The notes under the pieces: generated by a model
Seen by the model: the letters and a program-made list of their open reading frames with translations, nothing else
The model's database searches: none
Told to the model about the DNA's origin: nothing
Assembly: GCA_963664405.1 (NCBI GenBank)
Contig: OY761158.1
Location: 6,016,001 to 6,080,000, forward strand
Source: Thermoanaerobaculia bacterium
Lineage (GTDB): Bacteria > Acidobacteriota > Thermoanaerobaculia > Multivoradales > Multivoraceae
Direction of reading: 5' to 3'
DNA: 64,000 nt
Program-made: the position numbers and the translations under genes
In this document: positions 19,728 to 30,013 of the stretch, in pieces
Position numbering within the stretch: the first letter of the stretch is position 1
How the letters are laid out: each line of letters starts with the position of its first letter

Positions 19728-20201
19728 ATGACGATCACCAAACATCGAAGGCGGTTTGTCGCTTTAGCCGTCGCCGCCCTCTCCACCAGTTTTCTGGTTT
19801 CTTATGCGCTTGCTGCCGTGGCCGGGGAGATGAGGTTCGAGGACGTTCGTCGTCAGACGGCCGAGTTCATCGGTTTTCACAAGAGCATCAGGCTCTCAGC
19901 GGCCCAACAGGCGATCTATCAAGAGGCGCTGGAAGCTCTCCCGGCTCCGTGCTGCAGCGACAACTCCGCCTATACCTGCTGTTGCCCCTGCAATGCAGCT
20001 CGTGCTTGGTGGGGTCTTTCCAAGCACTTGATCGCCGACCTTGACTACGATGTCGAACAGGTAAAGGAGAAGGTCAACGAATGGTTCGTCTTCACCAACC
20101 CCAAAGGCTACAGCGGTGACATCTGCTACACCGGGGGCTGCGGCCGCTCTTTTGCGAACAACGGCTGTGGCGGTATGAGCGAATCCAGCCTGGTGTTCTG
20201 A
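19728..20201 (+). CDS. Secreted cysteine-rich hypothetical protein
   Basis: Signal peptide; PCC...TCCCPC...C..C..C pattern. Confidence 0.7.
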   Translation: MTITKHRRRFVALAVAALSTSFLVSYALAAVAGEMRFEDVRRQTAEFIGFHKSIRLSAAQQAIYQEALEALPAPCCSDNSAYTCCCPCNAARAWWGLSKHLIADLDYDVEQVKEKVNEWFVFTNPKGYSGDICYTGGCGRSFANNGCGGMSESSLVF

Positions 20202-20269
20202 ATGCCGCTGATCGGTGGGTTCGAGAGTCTCGCTGCTGTCCAAGGTCCAGTGATCGTGGTGGGGGGGCC

Positions 20270-21178
20270 TTGATGTTCCGGGTGCTGGTAGCCGACGACT
20301 CGAGCGCCGATAAAGAGATGATCGGCGGCCTCCTAGCCGAGGGGGGCGAGATCGAAGTCAGTTATGTGGGAGACGGAAAGGAAGCGCTGCATCATCTCGA
20401 GCAGGCGACCGTCGATCTGGTCATCACCGATCTGGTGATGCCCGATCTCAGCGGTCTCGAGCTCGTGTCCGAGGTCCGCGAGCGCTTTCCATTGGTGCCG
20501 GTGATCATCTGCACAGCCAAAGGTAGCGAGGAGTCGGCGGTTGAGGCTCTCCAACATGGCGCCGCGAGCTACGTTCCGAAGCGGGCCCTCGCTAGCGATC
20601 TACTCGACACCGTCGACACAGTACTGTCGTCGGCAGCCCAGCAGCAGTGCAGGAGCGAGGCGATGGAAGCGATGGCGAGCTGCACGACCTCTTGGCAGCT
20701 CAAGAACGATCGCAGACTGTTTACGCCACTGATCAGCTATCTTCAGGAGAGCCTGGGTAACCTCGGCCTGCTGGACAACGCGGACCGTACACGGGTCGGT
20801 GTGGCGCTAGAGGAGGCCCTGGTCAATGCTGCCGAGCATGGCAACCTCGACCTCGACTCGAAGTTGCGGGCCACCGATCGTCGGGCTTATCTCGAGCTGG
20901 CCGAAGAACGAAGGTCTCTCGAGCCGTTCAAAGATCGTAGGGTCCACCTGCAGGCCTTGCTTTCACGCGATGAAGCCGTCTTCGTTGTCCGCGACGAAGG
21001 CAGCGGCTTCGACCCGTCGTCATTGCCTGATCCGACGGACCCGGAGAATCTGCTCAGAGTGAGTGGGCGAGGGGTGCTGATCATGCGGACGTTCATGGAC
21101 GAGCTCCGCTACAACGATAGTGGTAACGAGGTCACCATGGTCAAGCGTGCTCCCGCACGCGAAGGAGGTTCCACATGA
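20270..21178 (+). CDS. Response regulator receiver fused to anti-sigma-type HATPase_c (RsbW-like)
   Basis: VLVADD and TDLVMP in the receiver; [18 protein letters not shown] and GRGVLIM in the HATPase. Confidence 0.87.
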   Translation: MMFRVLVADDSSADKEMIGGLLAEGGEIEVSYVGDGKEALHHLEQATVDLVITDLVMPDLSGLELVSEVRERFPLVPVIICTAKGSEESAVEALQHGAASYVPKRALASDLLDTVDTVLSSAAQQQCRSEAMEAMASCTTSWQLKNDRRLFTPLISYLQESLGNLGLLDNADRTRVGVALEEALVNAAEHGNLDLDSKLRATDRRAYLELAEERRSLEPFKDRRVHLQALLSRDEAVFVVRDEGSGFDPSSLPDPTDPENLLRVSGRGVLIMRTFMDELRYNDSGNEVTMVKRAPAREGGST

Positions 21179-21822
21179 GTTTTCTCAGTGCCAAGCAGCA
21201 TGTGATCAGTCCCGAAGCGGCCCTCCCGGGTCGCGAACAGACGATGCCGGTGGCCTCTCGCCACTATGTGCTTGACGCTCGCCTTGCCCCGCCATACCCC
21301 GACACGACCGAGCTCGCTGTCTTCGGGCTTGGCTGTTTTTGGGGGGCGGAAAGGAAGTTCTGGGAGGCTTCCGGTGTTTACAGCACTTCTGTTGGTTATG
21401 CGGGAGGCTTCACTCCGAATCCGACCTATGAAGAGGTGTGCTCCGGGCGCACTGGCCATACCGAGGCGGTGCAGGTGGTGTTCTGGCCGGAGAGGACCTC
21501 TTATCAGGAGCTGTTGCGAGTATTCTGGGAGACCCACGATCCGACCCAGGGTATGCGCCAGGGTAATGACATGGGAACCCAGTACCGCTCGGCGATCTAT
21601 ACCTTTGGAGAGGGCCAGCTCGAGGCTGCTCGCGTATCCGAGGCGATCTTCGAGGAGAGTCTGCGCGCAGCGGGGTACGGTGAGATCACCACTGAGATTC
21701 GATCGGCGACGGAGTACTTTTTCGCCGAGGATTATCATCAACAGTATTTGGCGAAGAACCCGATGGGGTATTGCGGGCTCGGCGGTACCGGAGTCAGTTG
21801 CCCGGTCAGTGTCGAGGTCTGA
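21175..21822 (+). CDS. msrA: Peptide-methionine (S)-S-oxide reductase
   Basis: [23 protein letters not shown] and AEDYHQQYL motifs. Confidence 0.96.
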   Translation: MSFLSAKQHVISPEAALPGREQTMPVASRHYVLDARLAPPYPDTTELAVFGLGCFWGAERKFWEASGVYSTSVGYAGGFTPNPTYEEVCSGRTGHTEAVQVVFWPERTSYQELLRVFWETHDPTQGMRQGNDMGTQYRSAIYTFGEGQLEAARVSEAIFEESLRAAGYGEITTEIRSATEYFFAEDYHQQYLAKNPMGYCGLGGTGVSCPVSVEV

Positions 21823-21876
21823 TTCCCCGCTGAGGCCGAGCAGTCGAGTTGCCGGGCGGGTAAGGATCATCGCAGG

Positions 21877-22650
21877 ATGCGTATCGCTAGCTGGAACGTC
21901 AACGGGCTCCGCTCGCGCATCGACTTCGTCTTGCATTGGCTCCGGGCTAGGCAGCCTGACGTCGTGGGTATCCAAGAGCTCAAGCTCGAAGATGAGCACT
22001 TCCCTCATGCTGAGCTCGCGGCTGTCGGCTATCAGGCCCTGACCCATGGGCAGAAAAGCTGGAACGGCGTTGCCATTCTCAGCCGTCATCCGATCGAAGT
22101 CGTACAGCGAGGTCTTCCAGGCCAGGAGGAGATGGGCGCCCGCCTGATCACGGCGCGCACCGGCGACATCCTGTTTACGACCGTGTACTGCCCCAACGGT
22201 AAGAGCCTCAGCCATGAAGACTACGCGCGTAAGCTGCTCTGGTACGAAGATCTGCGCAGCCATCTCGAGCAGAATCAAGATCCGGCCGGTTCCGCCGTTC
22301 TATGTGGAGATTTCAACATCTGTCCAGAGCCTCTGGACAGCTGGAACGAAGACGCGCTGGTAGGGCATATCTTCCACACCGAGGCCGAGCGAGAGCGATT
22401 CCAAGCTGTTCTCGACTGGGGGCTGACTGATCTCTTCCGACGCCTCGAGCCCGAGCTACAGGCCTTTTCGTGGTGGGACTATCGTGCGGGTGCTTTTCAC
22501 AAGAACATGGGGCTGCGTATCGATTTCCTGCTTGCAACCGCAGCGCTCGCCGAGCGGGTCCAGGCGGTCGAGATCGATCGCGAATATCGCAAAAAGAAAG
22601 ACGGTCTCACCGCTTCGGATCACGCTCCCGTGATAGCGGACTTGGGCTAA
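21877..22650 (+). CDS. xth: Exodeoxyribonuclease III
   Basis: SWNVNG, QELK, GDFNI, WWDYR, RID and SDHAP motifs. Confidence 0.95.
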   Translation: MRIASWNVNGLRSRIDFVLHWLRARQPDVVGIQELKLEDEHFPHAELAAVGYQALTHGQKSWNGVAILSRHPIEVVQRGLPGQEEMGARLITARTGDILFTTVYCPNGKSLSHEDYARKLLWYEDLRSHLEQNQDPAGSAVLCGDFNICPEPLDSWNEDALVGHIFHTEAERERFQAVLDWGLTDLFRRLEPELQAFSWWDYRAGAFHKNMGLRIDFLLATAALAERVQAVEIDREYRKKKDGLTASDHAPVIADLG

Positions 22651-22686
22651 ACAACGTGGCACCGAGGACGACGCACCCGGACCGAG

Positions 22687-22844
22687 TGTCCTGTACCAGT
22701 AGTTCGTCACATAACTCGCTGGCCCTTTTGCGTCCTGCCGTCGTTGCACCTCCTCGAAATATTCCCAATATGACTTCGTCGGCGCGCCTTGGCAGCCCAC
22801 AAAATGACTGCGCGATTTATGCAACGAACCACTGATACAGGACA
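22687..22844. mobile_element. MITE-like long palindrome M1 (TGTCC-ended, IS630-like CTAG context)
   Basis: Arms TGTCCTGTA(C/T)CAGT(A/G)GTTCGT..CATAA.TCGC; flanks CGAG and CTAG. Confidence 0.7.
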
Positions 22845-22851
22845 CTAGGAA

Positions 22852-23580
22852 ATGATCGCCGAGCCTGAGGCCTCCGACCTATTGAGCGTGGCTCGCACTC
22901 TGCGGTCGCATCGCGTCTATCTCTTCTACAAGCACGCCGCCCACTTCTGCAACCCGCTGGTGCCGGTGGAGTGGAAGGCGCTGCAGGACGATCCTGTGCT
23001 GGTCGACGAGCAGGTCCGGAGGGTGGTGCTCGAGCTTCTTCCCGAGCAGCTCCCGAGCCTGGAGGCAGGCATCTACTCTCCGGTTCCTATCGCCAGAGGG
23101 CTGGCGGAGGGGCGCTCACTCGGGTCGCTCTTGGCAGACTTTCGTTACGAGATGATTCAGGTCGACGAGGATCAGCGCTGGACCTGGCAGGGTCGACCGG
23201 TTGCGACCAAGGTTCGAGCCTTTCTTCTCGAGAACCTCGCCTACGAGCCGGCGCTCGAGCTCTACTACTTCGAGTACAAGGTCAATGCGGACTGGTGGGA
23301 CAAGAGCTATCTCGAGACTGCGACGACACCACTGACTGCAAGGACCCTGGGGCTGGTCGAGAGCGGAGCTCGGGTCGATCTCGACAACCTCCGCTCGGAC
23401 CTGTTGGTGCTGGAAACCTTTCGCCTCGACGACAGAGAACGTCTCTACTGTGAGACGGCAGAGCACGGGGAGGTGATGCTCAGCGATTCTGTGCGCTTCT
23501 CGCTGCTGAGCACGGTCAACGAGGCTTGTGATGCTTTGCAGGTGGGTGAAGCGTGGTACCCACTACGCTGGCCTGAATGA
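22852..23580 (+). CDS. Hypothetical protein
   Basis: 242-aa ORF with host-like codon use; no domain recognised. Confidence 0.65.
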   Translation: MIAEPEASDLLSVARTLRSHRVYLFYKHAAHFCNPLVPVEWKALQDDPVLVDEQVRRVVLELLPEQLPSLEAGIYSPVPIARGLAEGRSLGSLLADFRYEMIQVDEDQRWTWQGRPVATKVRAFLLENLAYEPALELYYFEYKVNADWWDKSYLETATTPLTARTLGLVESGARVDLDNLRSDLLVLETFRLDDRERLYCETAEHGEVMLSDSVRFSLLSTVNEACDALQVGEAWYPLRWPE

Positions 23581-23612
23581 CGACGAAGGAGTCGTCGTGG
23601 AGCGAGGAGGTC

Positions 23613-24566
23613 TCAGCCGCTTCCCAGGTAGGCTCGATTGAGGATCTCCGCGAGGGGATCCGGAGAGCTGCGGCCGCTCAGACGGCGCATCGCCTGGAAG
23701 TATGGCGGCTGGTATCGCAGCCGCTTAGGCAAGTGCGGTAGGACGCGGCGGATCACGTCGGTGGCTCTGGCCGCTGCTCGACGCTCCTTCTCGCCGTAGG
23801 CGAAGCCGAATTTGTCACGAACAGCGGCCGGCAAGAGGCCGATGGTCAAGGTGCGCAGGCCAACCATGAGTGGAGCGAAGAGCGGGTCGGAGGGCACGAA
23901 GAGGTAGGCCGCGATCTCTCGTGCTGCCTTGCCGATGGCCAGCTCCTCGGAGTTCCACATTTCTTGGTTGTAGGCCTGAAAGTCGGACCAAGAGTGCGGT
24001 ACATCCCCGTCCGCCAGGCCGAAAAGCCGGGCAAATACCCGGGTCTCTTGGTAGTAGCTCTCCTTGGTCTCGTCGGAGAGCGGTGCATAAAAGGTTTCGT
24101 ACATGGCGATCGAGCTCTCCCAGAGGGTGGCGTGCACCCAGACGAGACCGCGCCGATCGTTGGCGTCGTAGCGATCGCCAGGTGAGTAGGCGCCGACAGT
24201 CTCGTCGAAGGTGCCGTGGATTGCCTGATGGACTCGGTGCACATGGCGGGCTGCATTGAGGGCCGAGTCGAGGTCGCCCCAAACCATCGGAAAGATCTGT
24301 CTGAAGGTGCGCTGAAATCGGCCACGAGGATCTGTCTTGGTTCTTGAGTGCTCCGCGATGCCCTGCGCGACCTGCGGGTGTGCGATCTGGAGAAGGGCGG
24401 CCCGACCGGAGCCGAGGAAAATCGCCGCGTGTCGATTGACTTTCCACATCTCGGATGCGGAGCCGAAGATTCCCTCGACGGGCTCGTGCACTCCTGCAGC
24501 GACGATCTCGAGTTGTCGCTCTAGCTCGTCGGTTCGGACGAGGTGGGGGTGTTCTGGTGTCGCCAT
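23613..24566 (-). CDS. Oxygenase MpaB/DUF2236 family protein
   Basis: GRAALLQIAHPQVAQG, VHRVH, YDAND and WVHATL motifs. Confidence 0.85.
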   Translation of the reverse strand: MATPEHPHLVRTDELERQLEIVAAGVHEPVEGIFGSASEMWKVNRHAAIFLGSGRAALLQIAHPQVAQGIAEHSRTKTDPRGRFQRTFRQIFPMVWGDLDSALNAARHVHRVHQAIHGTFDETVGAYSPGDRYDANDRRGLVWVHATLWESSIAMYETFYAPLSDETKESYYQETRVFARLFGLADGDVPHSWSDFQAYNQEMWNSEELAIGKAAREIAAYLFVPSDPLFAPLMVGLRTLTIGLLPAAVRDKFGFAYGEKERRAAARATDVIRRVLPHLPKRLRYQPPYFQAMRRLSGRSSPDPLAEILNRAYLGSG

Positions 24567-24632
24567 CGGGTGAGGCCTCCAATTCAGCGGCTTGCGCGGT
24601 AGCTGAGCGGATCGTTCGCTGGGTCATGTTAC

Positions 24633-24764
24633 CTAGGCTCCAGAAATGATGGCTATCATTTCCTCCGCCTAGTTGTCTTTTGGCGCCGAGGACGGCGCAC
24701 TCAGGCGTTGCTTCCTATTCGCTCCGGGAAACGGCTCTGGCCGAATACTCGGACACGCTCCTAG
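24633..24764. repeat. CTAG-bounded 128-bp repeat unit (family B)
   Basis: Near-identical to the units at 28105-28364; ends GAATACTCGGACACGCTCCTAG. Confidence 0.85.
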
Positions 24765-24953
24765 CCTGGATTATTCATGAAGCTCCTACTACGGTGCCGC
24801 AGCTGCCTGAATCTACTGCGTTGCGCTCTGACTGGGCGTCCCCGTCGCGCCCCTCGACGTATTGCCCAATACGCCTGCGGTGCTCTCGGTCGCGACGCCT
24901 TGTATCTTCAGGCATCTGCGGCACCTTGCTACGGACCTCATGAATAGTCCAGG
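24765..24953. mobile_element. MITE-like long palindrome M2 (CCTGG-ended)
   Basis: TIR CCTGGA(T/C)TATTCATGA; CTAG on both sides (24761, 24954). Confidence 0.75.
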
Positions 24954-25003
24954 CTAGAGAACGCGATAGCATCGACCTTCTCGCCCCGAGGAGGTCCGAT
25001 CGA

Positions 25004-25903
25004 ATGCGTTTCTCTTTTTGGCCCACGCCCACTCAATCGTGGAGCGAAGTTCTCTTTCTCGCGAAGCATGTCGAGAAGACCGGCTGGGACGGCTTCTGGT
25101 ATGCCGATCACTTCATGCCGAACAGCACCGATCTCGACGTTCCGATCAACGAATGTTGGACTGTTCTGGCCGGAATTGCTGCTGCCGTGCCGCGTCTCCG
25201 TTTGGGCCCGCTGGTCACCGGCAACACTTACCGGCATCCTGCTGTACTGGCGAAGATGGCGGCGACGGTGGACCAGATCAGCGGCGGAAGAGTGGTGCTC
25301 GGCCTCGGCTCAGGCTGGCAGGAGAACGAGCACAAGGCTTACGGGATCGAGTTCTCGACCATTCCCGGTCGGCTGGCCCGCTTGGACGAGGCATGTCAGG
25401 TGATCAGAGGTCTCTTCAGCGGGGATCGGACCGACTTCGACGGTAAGTATTACCAACTGAGAGGGGCGCCGCTCTCCCCCAAGCCGGTTCAGAGCCCCCT
25501 GCCGCTGCTTGTTGGCGGCGGCGGCGAGAAGGTCACCTTGCGGATTACCGCCAACTATGCCGATGAGTGGAACGTTTGGGCCGACGTCGAGACGTTGAAG
25601 CACAAGATGGCCGTCCTCGACGCGCATTGTGAGGATTTAGGTAGGGATCCAGCCGAGATCAAGCGCTCCGCGCAGGCTATGGTTTTCCTCAGTGACGACC
25701 CAGCCGAGGTCGAGAAAGCGAGCTCGCGCCCGGGCCTTCCGGTGATGGCGGGAAATGTGGAGGAGGTGCGCGACACAGTTGCGGCATATGCCGCTACGGG
25801 TCTCGACGAACTGATCGTTCCCGACTTCGTCATGGGGCCGCGAGAGCGGAAGCTGCCGATGTTGGATCAGTTCATCGAAGAGGTGGCCTCAGTTGCCCGT
25901 TGA
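25004..25903 (+). CDS. LLM-class (probable F420-dependent) oxidoreductase
   Basis: ADHFMP, GNTYRHPAVLAKMAATVDQISGGR and GGGGEKVTL motifs. Confidence 0.88.
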   Translation: MRFSFWPTPTQSWSEVLFLAKHVEKTGWDGFWYADHFMPNSTDLDVPINECWTVLAGIAAAVPRLRLGPLVTGNTYRHPAVLAKMAATVDQISGGRVVLGLGSGWQENEHKAYGIEFSTIPGRLARLDEACQVIRGLFSGDRTDFDGKYYQLRGAPLSPKPVQSPLPLLVGGGGEKVTLRITANYADEWNVWADVETLKHKMAVLDAHCEDLGRDPAEIKRSAQAMVFLSDDPAEVEKASSRPGLPVMAGNVEEVRDTVAAYAATGLDELIVPDFVMGPRERKLPMLDQFIEEVASVAR

Positions 25904-25910
25904 AAGGGTG

Positions 25911-26582
25911 ATGAAGGTGGCTGTCGGCGGTAGCGCTCTCTTTCTCGCTCTGGCGGCGTCGAGCCCCGCTGCAGAGCAGCCTCGGCGGGTTTCCTTCGAC
26001 ACCACCGACGGCGGGGTCATCGTTGCCGATCTCTACCCGGGAGGAGCGCACGGCGTCGTGCTCGCCCACGGTGCAGTTTTCGATAAAGAGAGCTGGAGCA
26101 AGCAGGCCGTCGCGTTGGTGGCCGAGGGCCTGACCGTGCTGGCCATCGACTTCAGGGGCTACGGCAAATCACAGGGCGGAAGCGCGAGGGATGATCTTTC
26201 GTTGGACGTGCTCGGCGCAGTCGCCTATCTCCGCGAGCAGGGCGCCGAGCAGGTCTCTGTGCTGGGTGGAAGCATGGGCGCCGCGGCTTCCGCTTCAGCC
26301 GCACGCCGGGCCGATGTGGGCTCGATTCACAAGCTCATTCTTCTGGCTCCGCCTCCCTTTGGCGGCGCCGAGAATCTGCGCGCAACGGCGACGCTTTTCG
26401 TTGTGAGTCGAGGCGACGGTCTCAGGTCGTCGGTAGAGAAGCACTTCGAAGCGGCGCCGGAGCCAAAGAGGCTCGTCGTTCTGAAGGGAAGCGCCCACGC
26501 CCAACATATCTTCAAGACCGGTCGAGGCGCCGAGCTGATGAGCCTCCTGGTCGAGTTCCTCGTCGAAGAACCGACTCAATAG
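25911..26582 (+). CDS. Secreted alpha/beta hydrolase
   Basis: LAHG, DFRGYG, GGSMG and HAQ motifs; signal peptide. Confidence 0.82.
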   Translation: MKVAVGGSALFLALAASSPAAEQPRRVSFDTTDGGVIVADLYPGGAHGVVLAHGAVFDKESWSKQAVALVAEGLTVLAIDFRGYGKSQGGSARDDLSLDVLGAVAYLREQGAEQVSVLGGSMGAAASASAARRADVGSIHKLILLAPPPFGGAENLRATATLFVVSRGDGLRSSVEKHFEAAPEPKRLVVLKGSAHAQHIFKTGRGAELMSLLVEFLVEEPTQ

Positions 26583-26665
26583 TTGCAGATCGTGTCCTGG
26601 CTTTGCTTGGAGGTGATGAGCTAGAACTGCGCCTCTCATGTTGGGTGATCGCGGGTGTGAGCCGT

Positions 26666-28090
26666 TCAGAAGGGGGTCCTTTCGGCCCAGGGGCGTGCCT
26701 TCTCGAGCTGGGCCGCCAGTCGAAAGAGAGAAGCTTCGTCGCCGAAGGGGGCGGCGAATTGAATGCCGATCGGGAGACCGGCGGCGCTCCAGGCGAGGGG
26801 AACCGACATCGCCGGATTGCCCGCCACGTTCATGAGCTGGGTGAAGGCGATGGTCTGGAAGAGGTGAATCATGGTGTCGTCGACATCATCGGTGGAGAGA
26901 GACAGCAGACCCAGCTTCTTCGGCGGAGTCGCCATGGTGGGGGAGAGTAGGACGTCCCAATTGTCGAAGAATTGGGCCACCTGGCGGCCTACTCGGTGCA
27001 CGACCCTGATGGCGAGCGCGTAGTCGGCACTGGTAGCCTGCTTCGCGTTCTCCGCCATGGAATAGGTGACCGGCTCGACATCATCCTCGGTGTATGCCCT
27101 CCCGACCACTTTCGCGCGCTCTTCGAGATTGGCGCGGATGTTGGCGCCGACGATGGTGCCGGCGGCTCTGGATAGGTCCTCTCGATCGAGCTCGGGCGCC
27201 GCCTCTTCGACTTCGTGTCCGAGCTCTTGGCATAGGCGGGCGACTTCCTCAGCGGCGGCAATGCACTCCGGGTCGACCTGCGAGTTGTTGAAGGCGCGGG
27301 TAGTGAGAGCGATGCGTAGTTTGCCGGGAGGGCGGGAAAGCTCTCCCAGGTAGGGGCGAGTGGGAGGCGGCGCCCAATACGGATCGCCGGGTTCGGGTCC
27401 GGCGGCGATGTCGAGCAGGGCGGCGCTGTCGCGAACCGAGCGACTGACTACGTGCGCCGTGCTCAGGCCACTCCAACCTTCGCCCAGGTCGGGCCCGGAG
27501 GAGACGCGGGCGCGGCTGGGCTTGAGACCGAAGAGTCCGCAGCACGATGCCGGAATACGGATCGAGCCCCCGCCGTCACTGGCGTGTGCTGCCGGGAGGA
27601 TGCCGGCCGCGACCGCGGCGGCGGCGCCGCCCGACGAACCTCCCGCGACGTGCTCCAGGTTCCATGGATTGCGGGTTACGCCGAAGAGGACCGATTCTGT
27701 GGAAGTCGTGAGCCCGAACTCGGGAGATGCGCTCTTGCCGAAGACCACCAGGCCCGCGTTCTTGTAGCGGCGCACCAGGTAGCTGTCGTGATCGGCGACC
27801 TGGTCGGCGTAGAAGCGACATCCGTGGGTGGTGATGGCGCCCTTGTAGTAGACACCCAGATCCTTGAGCAGGAAGGGGACCCCTCGCAGTGGACCCGCGG
27901 GCAGATCTCCGCGCGTCCGCGCTCTTGCCTCATCGAACATGGGGATTGCAATGGAGTTGAGATCCGTGCCGACTTCCTCCGCCCGGGCAATGGCGGCTTC
28001 GAGGATCTCGGTGGTCTCGAAATCCCCCGCGGCGATATGCGAGGCAAGGGCTAGGGCATCGAGCTTTGCGTACTCTTCGAACGACAACAT
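26666..28090 (-). CDS. Amidase signature family enzyme
   Basis: FLLKDL, GGSSGGAAA and SDGGGSIRIPA motifs. Confidence 0.92.
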   Translation of the reverse strand: MLSFEEYAKLDALALASHIAAGDFETTEILEAAIARAEEVGTDLNSIAIPMFDEARARTRGDLPAGPLRGVPFLLKDLGVYYKGAITTHGCRFYADQVADHDSYLVRRYKNAGLVVFGKSASPEFGLTTSTESVLFGVTRNPWNLEHVAGGSSGGAAAAVAAGILPAAHASDGGGSIRIPASCCGLFGLKPSRARVSSGPDLGEGWSGLSTAHVVSRSVRDSAALLDIAAGPEPGDPYWAPPPTRPYLGELSRPPGKLRIALTTRAFNNSQVDPECIAAAEEVARLCQELGHEVEEAAPELDREDLSRAAGTIVGANIRANLEERAKVVGRAYTEDDVEPVTYSMAENAKQATSADYALAIRVVHRVGRQVAQFFDNWDVLLSPTMATPPKKLGLLSLSTDDVDDTMIHLFQTIAFTQLMNVAGNPAMSVPLAWSAAGLPIGIQFAAPFGDEASLFRLAAQLEKARPWAERTPF

Positions 28091-28104
28091 GAGGTTCTCT
28101 CCTT

Positions 28105-28420
28105 CTAGGCTCCAGAAATGATGGCTATCATTTCCTCCGCCTAGTTGTCTCTTGGCGCCGAGGACGGCGCACTCAGGCGTAGCTTCTTATTCGCTCCGGG
28201 AAACGGCTCAGGCCGAATACTCGGACACGCTCCTAGCCTCCAGAAATGATTGATATCATTTCCTCCGGCTAGTTGCCCTTTGGCGCCGAGGACGGCGCAC
28301 TCGGGCGTAGCTTCCTATTCGCTCCGGGAAACGGCTCAGGAGGAATACTCGGACACGCTCCTAGCCTCCGGGAGTGATCGCTATCTAGTTTCTGTTTGGC
28401 GCCGAGGACGGCCCATTCGG
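28105..28420. repeat. Tandem array of family B units (two full 128-bp units plus one partial), separated by shared CTAG
   Basis: CTAG at 28105, 28233 and 28361. Confidence 0.88.
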
Positions 28421-29212
28421 AGTCCTCTGACCTGGACTCCGGCGCTCGCCGAGGCGACCGATGATGGCGCGTAGGGCCTCCAGACCTTCGACGAGTCGCG
28501 GGGAGGGGCGACCGAGGATCGCTTCAGGGACCACGAAGACCCTTTTCTTGCGCAACGCCGCGAGATCCTTCCACGCTGGGTTCTCGTAGATCAACTCGGG
28601 ACGGATCTTGTCGGTCTTGATGCCGCACCAGGAGAGCACGATGGCGTCGGGGTCGAGCTCTCGGACCTCGTTATCGGTCAGCGGGCGACTCTTTACTTCC
28701 TCGTTAGCGAGCGGATTGCTGCCTCCGGCGGCGACGATCAAGTCGTGGGTCCAGCTGCGGCGACCCGGTGCAATTACCGGTTTGGGCCACCATTGGACCA
28801 GGACGGAGGGTGGATTCTCGTAGGGGTGGCTGCCGGGTTCCAAAGCGTCGCGCAAGCGAGCAATCAGGGCAGCCCCCTCCGCTGGGTGCCCAAGATGCTC
28901 GGCGATCTGGGTAATGCTCTCGAGCACATCTCCGATCGATGTGGGCTCTGGCGCAAGGAAAGGGAGCGCGGCGGCTTGAAGCTTCTCGATGACCACTTCG
29001 TGACCGGGGACGGTGAGCGAGGCCAGGACCAGGTCGGGCTCGAGGGCGGCGACCTTCTCGATGTCGGGGCTCAGATCAGGGCCGACGCGGGGGAGCCCGT
29101 CTACGACCTCGGCGGGGAAGTCACTATGGTCGTCAACACCGACGAGGCAACTAGCGAGCCCGAGCTCACAGAGGATCTCGGTGTTCGAGCAGGCCAGAGA
29201 AACAACGCGCAT
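28385..29212 (-). CDS. Cobalamin/iron-chelate helical-backbone binding protein (BtuF-like)
   Basis: RVVSLACSNTEIL, LEPDLVL and GRPSPRL motifs; the C-terminus runs into the repeat array. Confidence 0.82.
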   Translation of the reverse strand: MRVVSLACSNTEILCELGLASCLVGVDDHSDFPAEVVDGLPRVGPDLSPDIEKVAALEPDLVLASLTVPGHEVVIEKLQAAALPFLAPEPTSIGDVLESITQIAEHLGHPAEGAALIARLRDALEPGSHPYENPPSVLVQWWPKPVIAPGRRSWTHDLIVAAGGSNPLANEEVKSRPLTDNEVRELDPDAIVLSWCGIKTDKIRPELIYENPAWKDLAALRKKRVFVVPEAILGRPSPRLVEGLEALRAIIGRLGERRSPGQRTPNGPSSAPNRN

Positions 29213-29255
29213 CGAGACTTACTGTATCGTCGAGGGGAGAGCTTTCGATTTGGCG

Positions 29256-30008
29256 ATGCGATTGGCGGGTTTGCGCTGGGTGCTTGGTAAGACGTTCTGG
29301 GGAGCCGTCTTACTCGTTGGCGTGTCCTGGTATTTCAAGGGTTCGCCGGTTCCCCCGGAGGCCGTCGACCCTCGGCTGCTCGAGCCGCCTCGGCAGCTCG
29401 CCACCGACCGTGCGGCTTTCGACTTCGAGTACAAGGGGAAGCAGTGCCGTGTGCGCCCGGTCGCTGATTACGAGATTCACGGCCTGGTTGTCAGCCACAA
29501 CAATATCGAGAGCCTTGCCGACATCTACCATGACAGCACCTCGGTCGACACCAAGGATCTGTGTGTGCTGTGGGGAAACAACCTGCGCAGTGATGATTTT
29601 CACCAAGTGCGTTTTTCGAGCGGTCCTTTCACTTGCTACTTTCGCTACCCGGCCGCAGTCTCCTTTGATCATGAAGGGCTCTCCAATAACCACCTCATTA
29701 CCGACGATCTCCTAGTGCGACAGCGTATCGGGCAGGTCAATGTGGGTGACCAGGTTCGCCTCAGAGGCTTCCTGGCGAACTATCAGATGGAGGACTGGGA
29801 GTCGTTCTGGAGGGAGACGAGCACGACCAGGAAGGATTCTGATTGTGAGGTGATGTTTGTCGAAGAGGTGGAGATCCTACGGCGAGGAACGCCGGGGTGG
29901 TACGCCGCATACAGGCTCGGTTGGGTTCTACTCGCCGCGATTCCGGTGCTCTTTGTGATCGCACTGTGGCTGGAGTCGGCCCCTCCGTCGGCGGCCACGC
30001 GCGGTTGA
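29256..30008 (+). CDS. Hypothetical membrane-anchored protein
   Basis: N- and C-terminal TM helices; KDLCVLWG and SNNHLI motifs. Confidence 0.7.
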   Translation: MRLAGLRWVLGKTFWGAVLLVGVSWYFKGSPVPPEAVDPRLLEPPRQLATDRAAFDFEYKGKQCRVRPVADYEIHGLVVSHNNIESLADIYHDSTSVDTKDLCVLWGNNLRSDDFHQVRFSSGPFTCYFRYPAAVSFDHEGLSNNHLITDDLLVRQRIGQVNVGDQVRLRGFLANYQMEDWESFWRETSTTRKDSDCEVMFVEEVEILRRGTPGWYAAYRLGWVLLAAIPVLFVIALWLESAPPSAATRG

Positions 30009-30013
30009 CGCTC

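Noticed and set aside
28105-28420. Tandem array as a CRISPR
   Set aside because: The 128-bp units are similar along their whole length, with no unique spacers and no cas genes.
29212-29256. Cobalamin riboswitch upstream of the BtuF-like gene
   Set aside because: Only about 43 bp separate the divergent starts, and no B12-box is visible.
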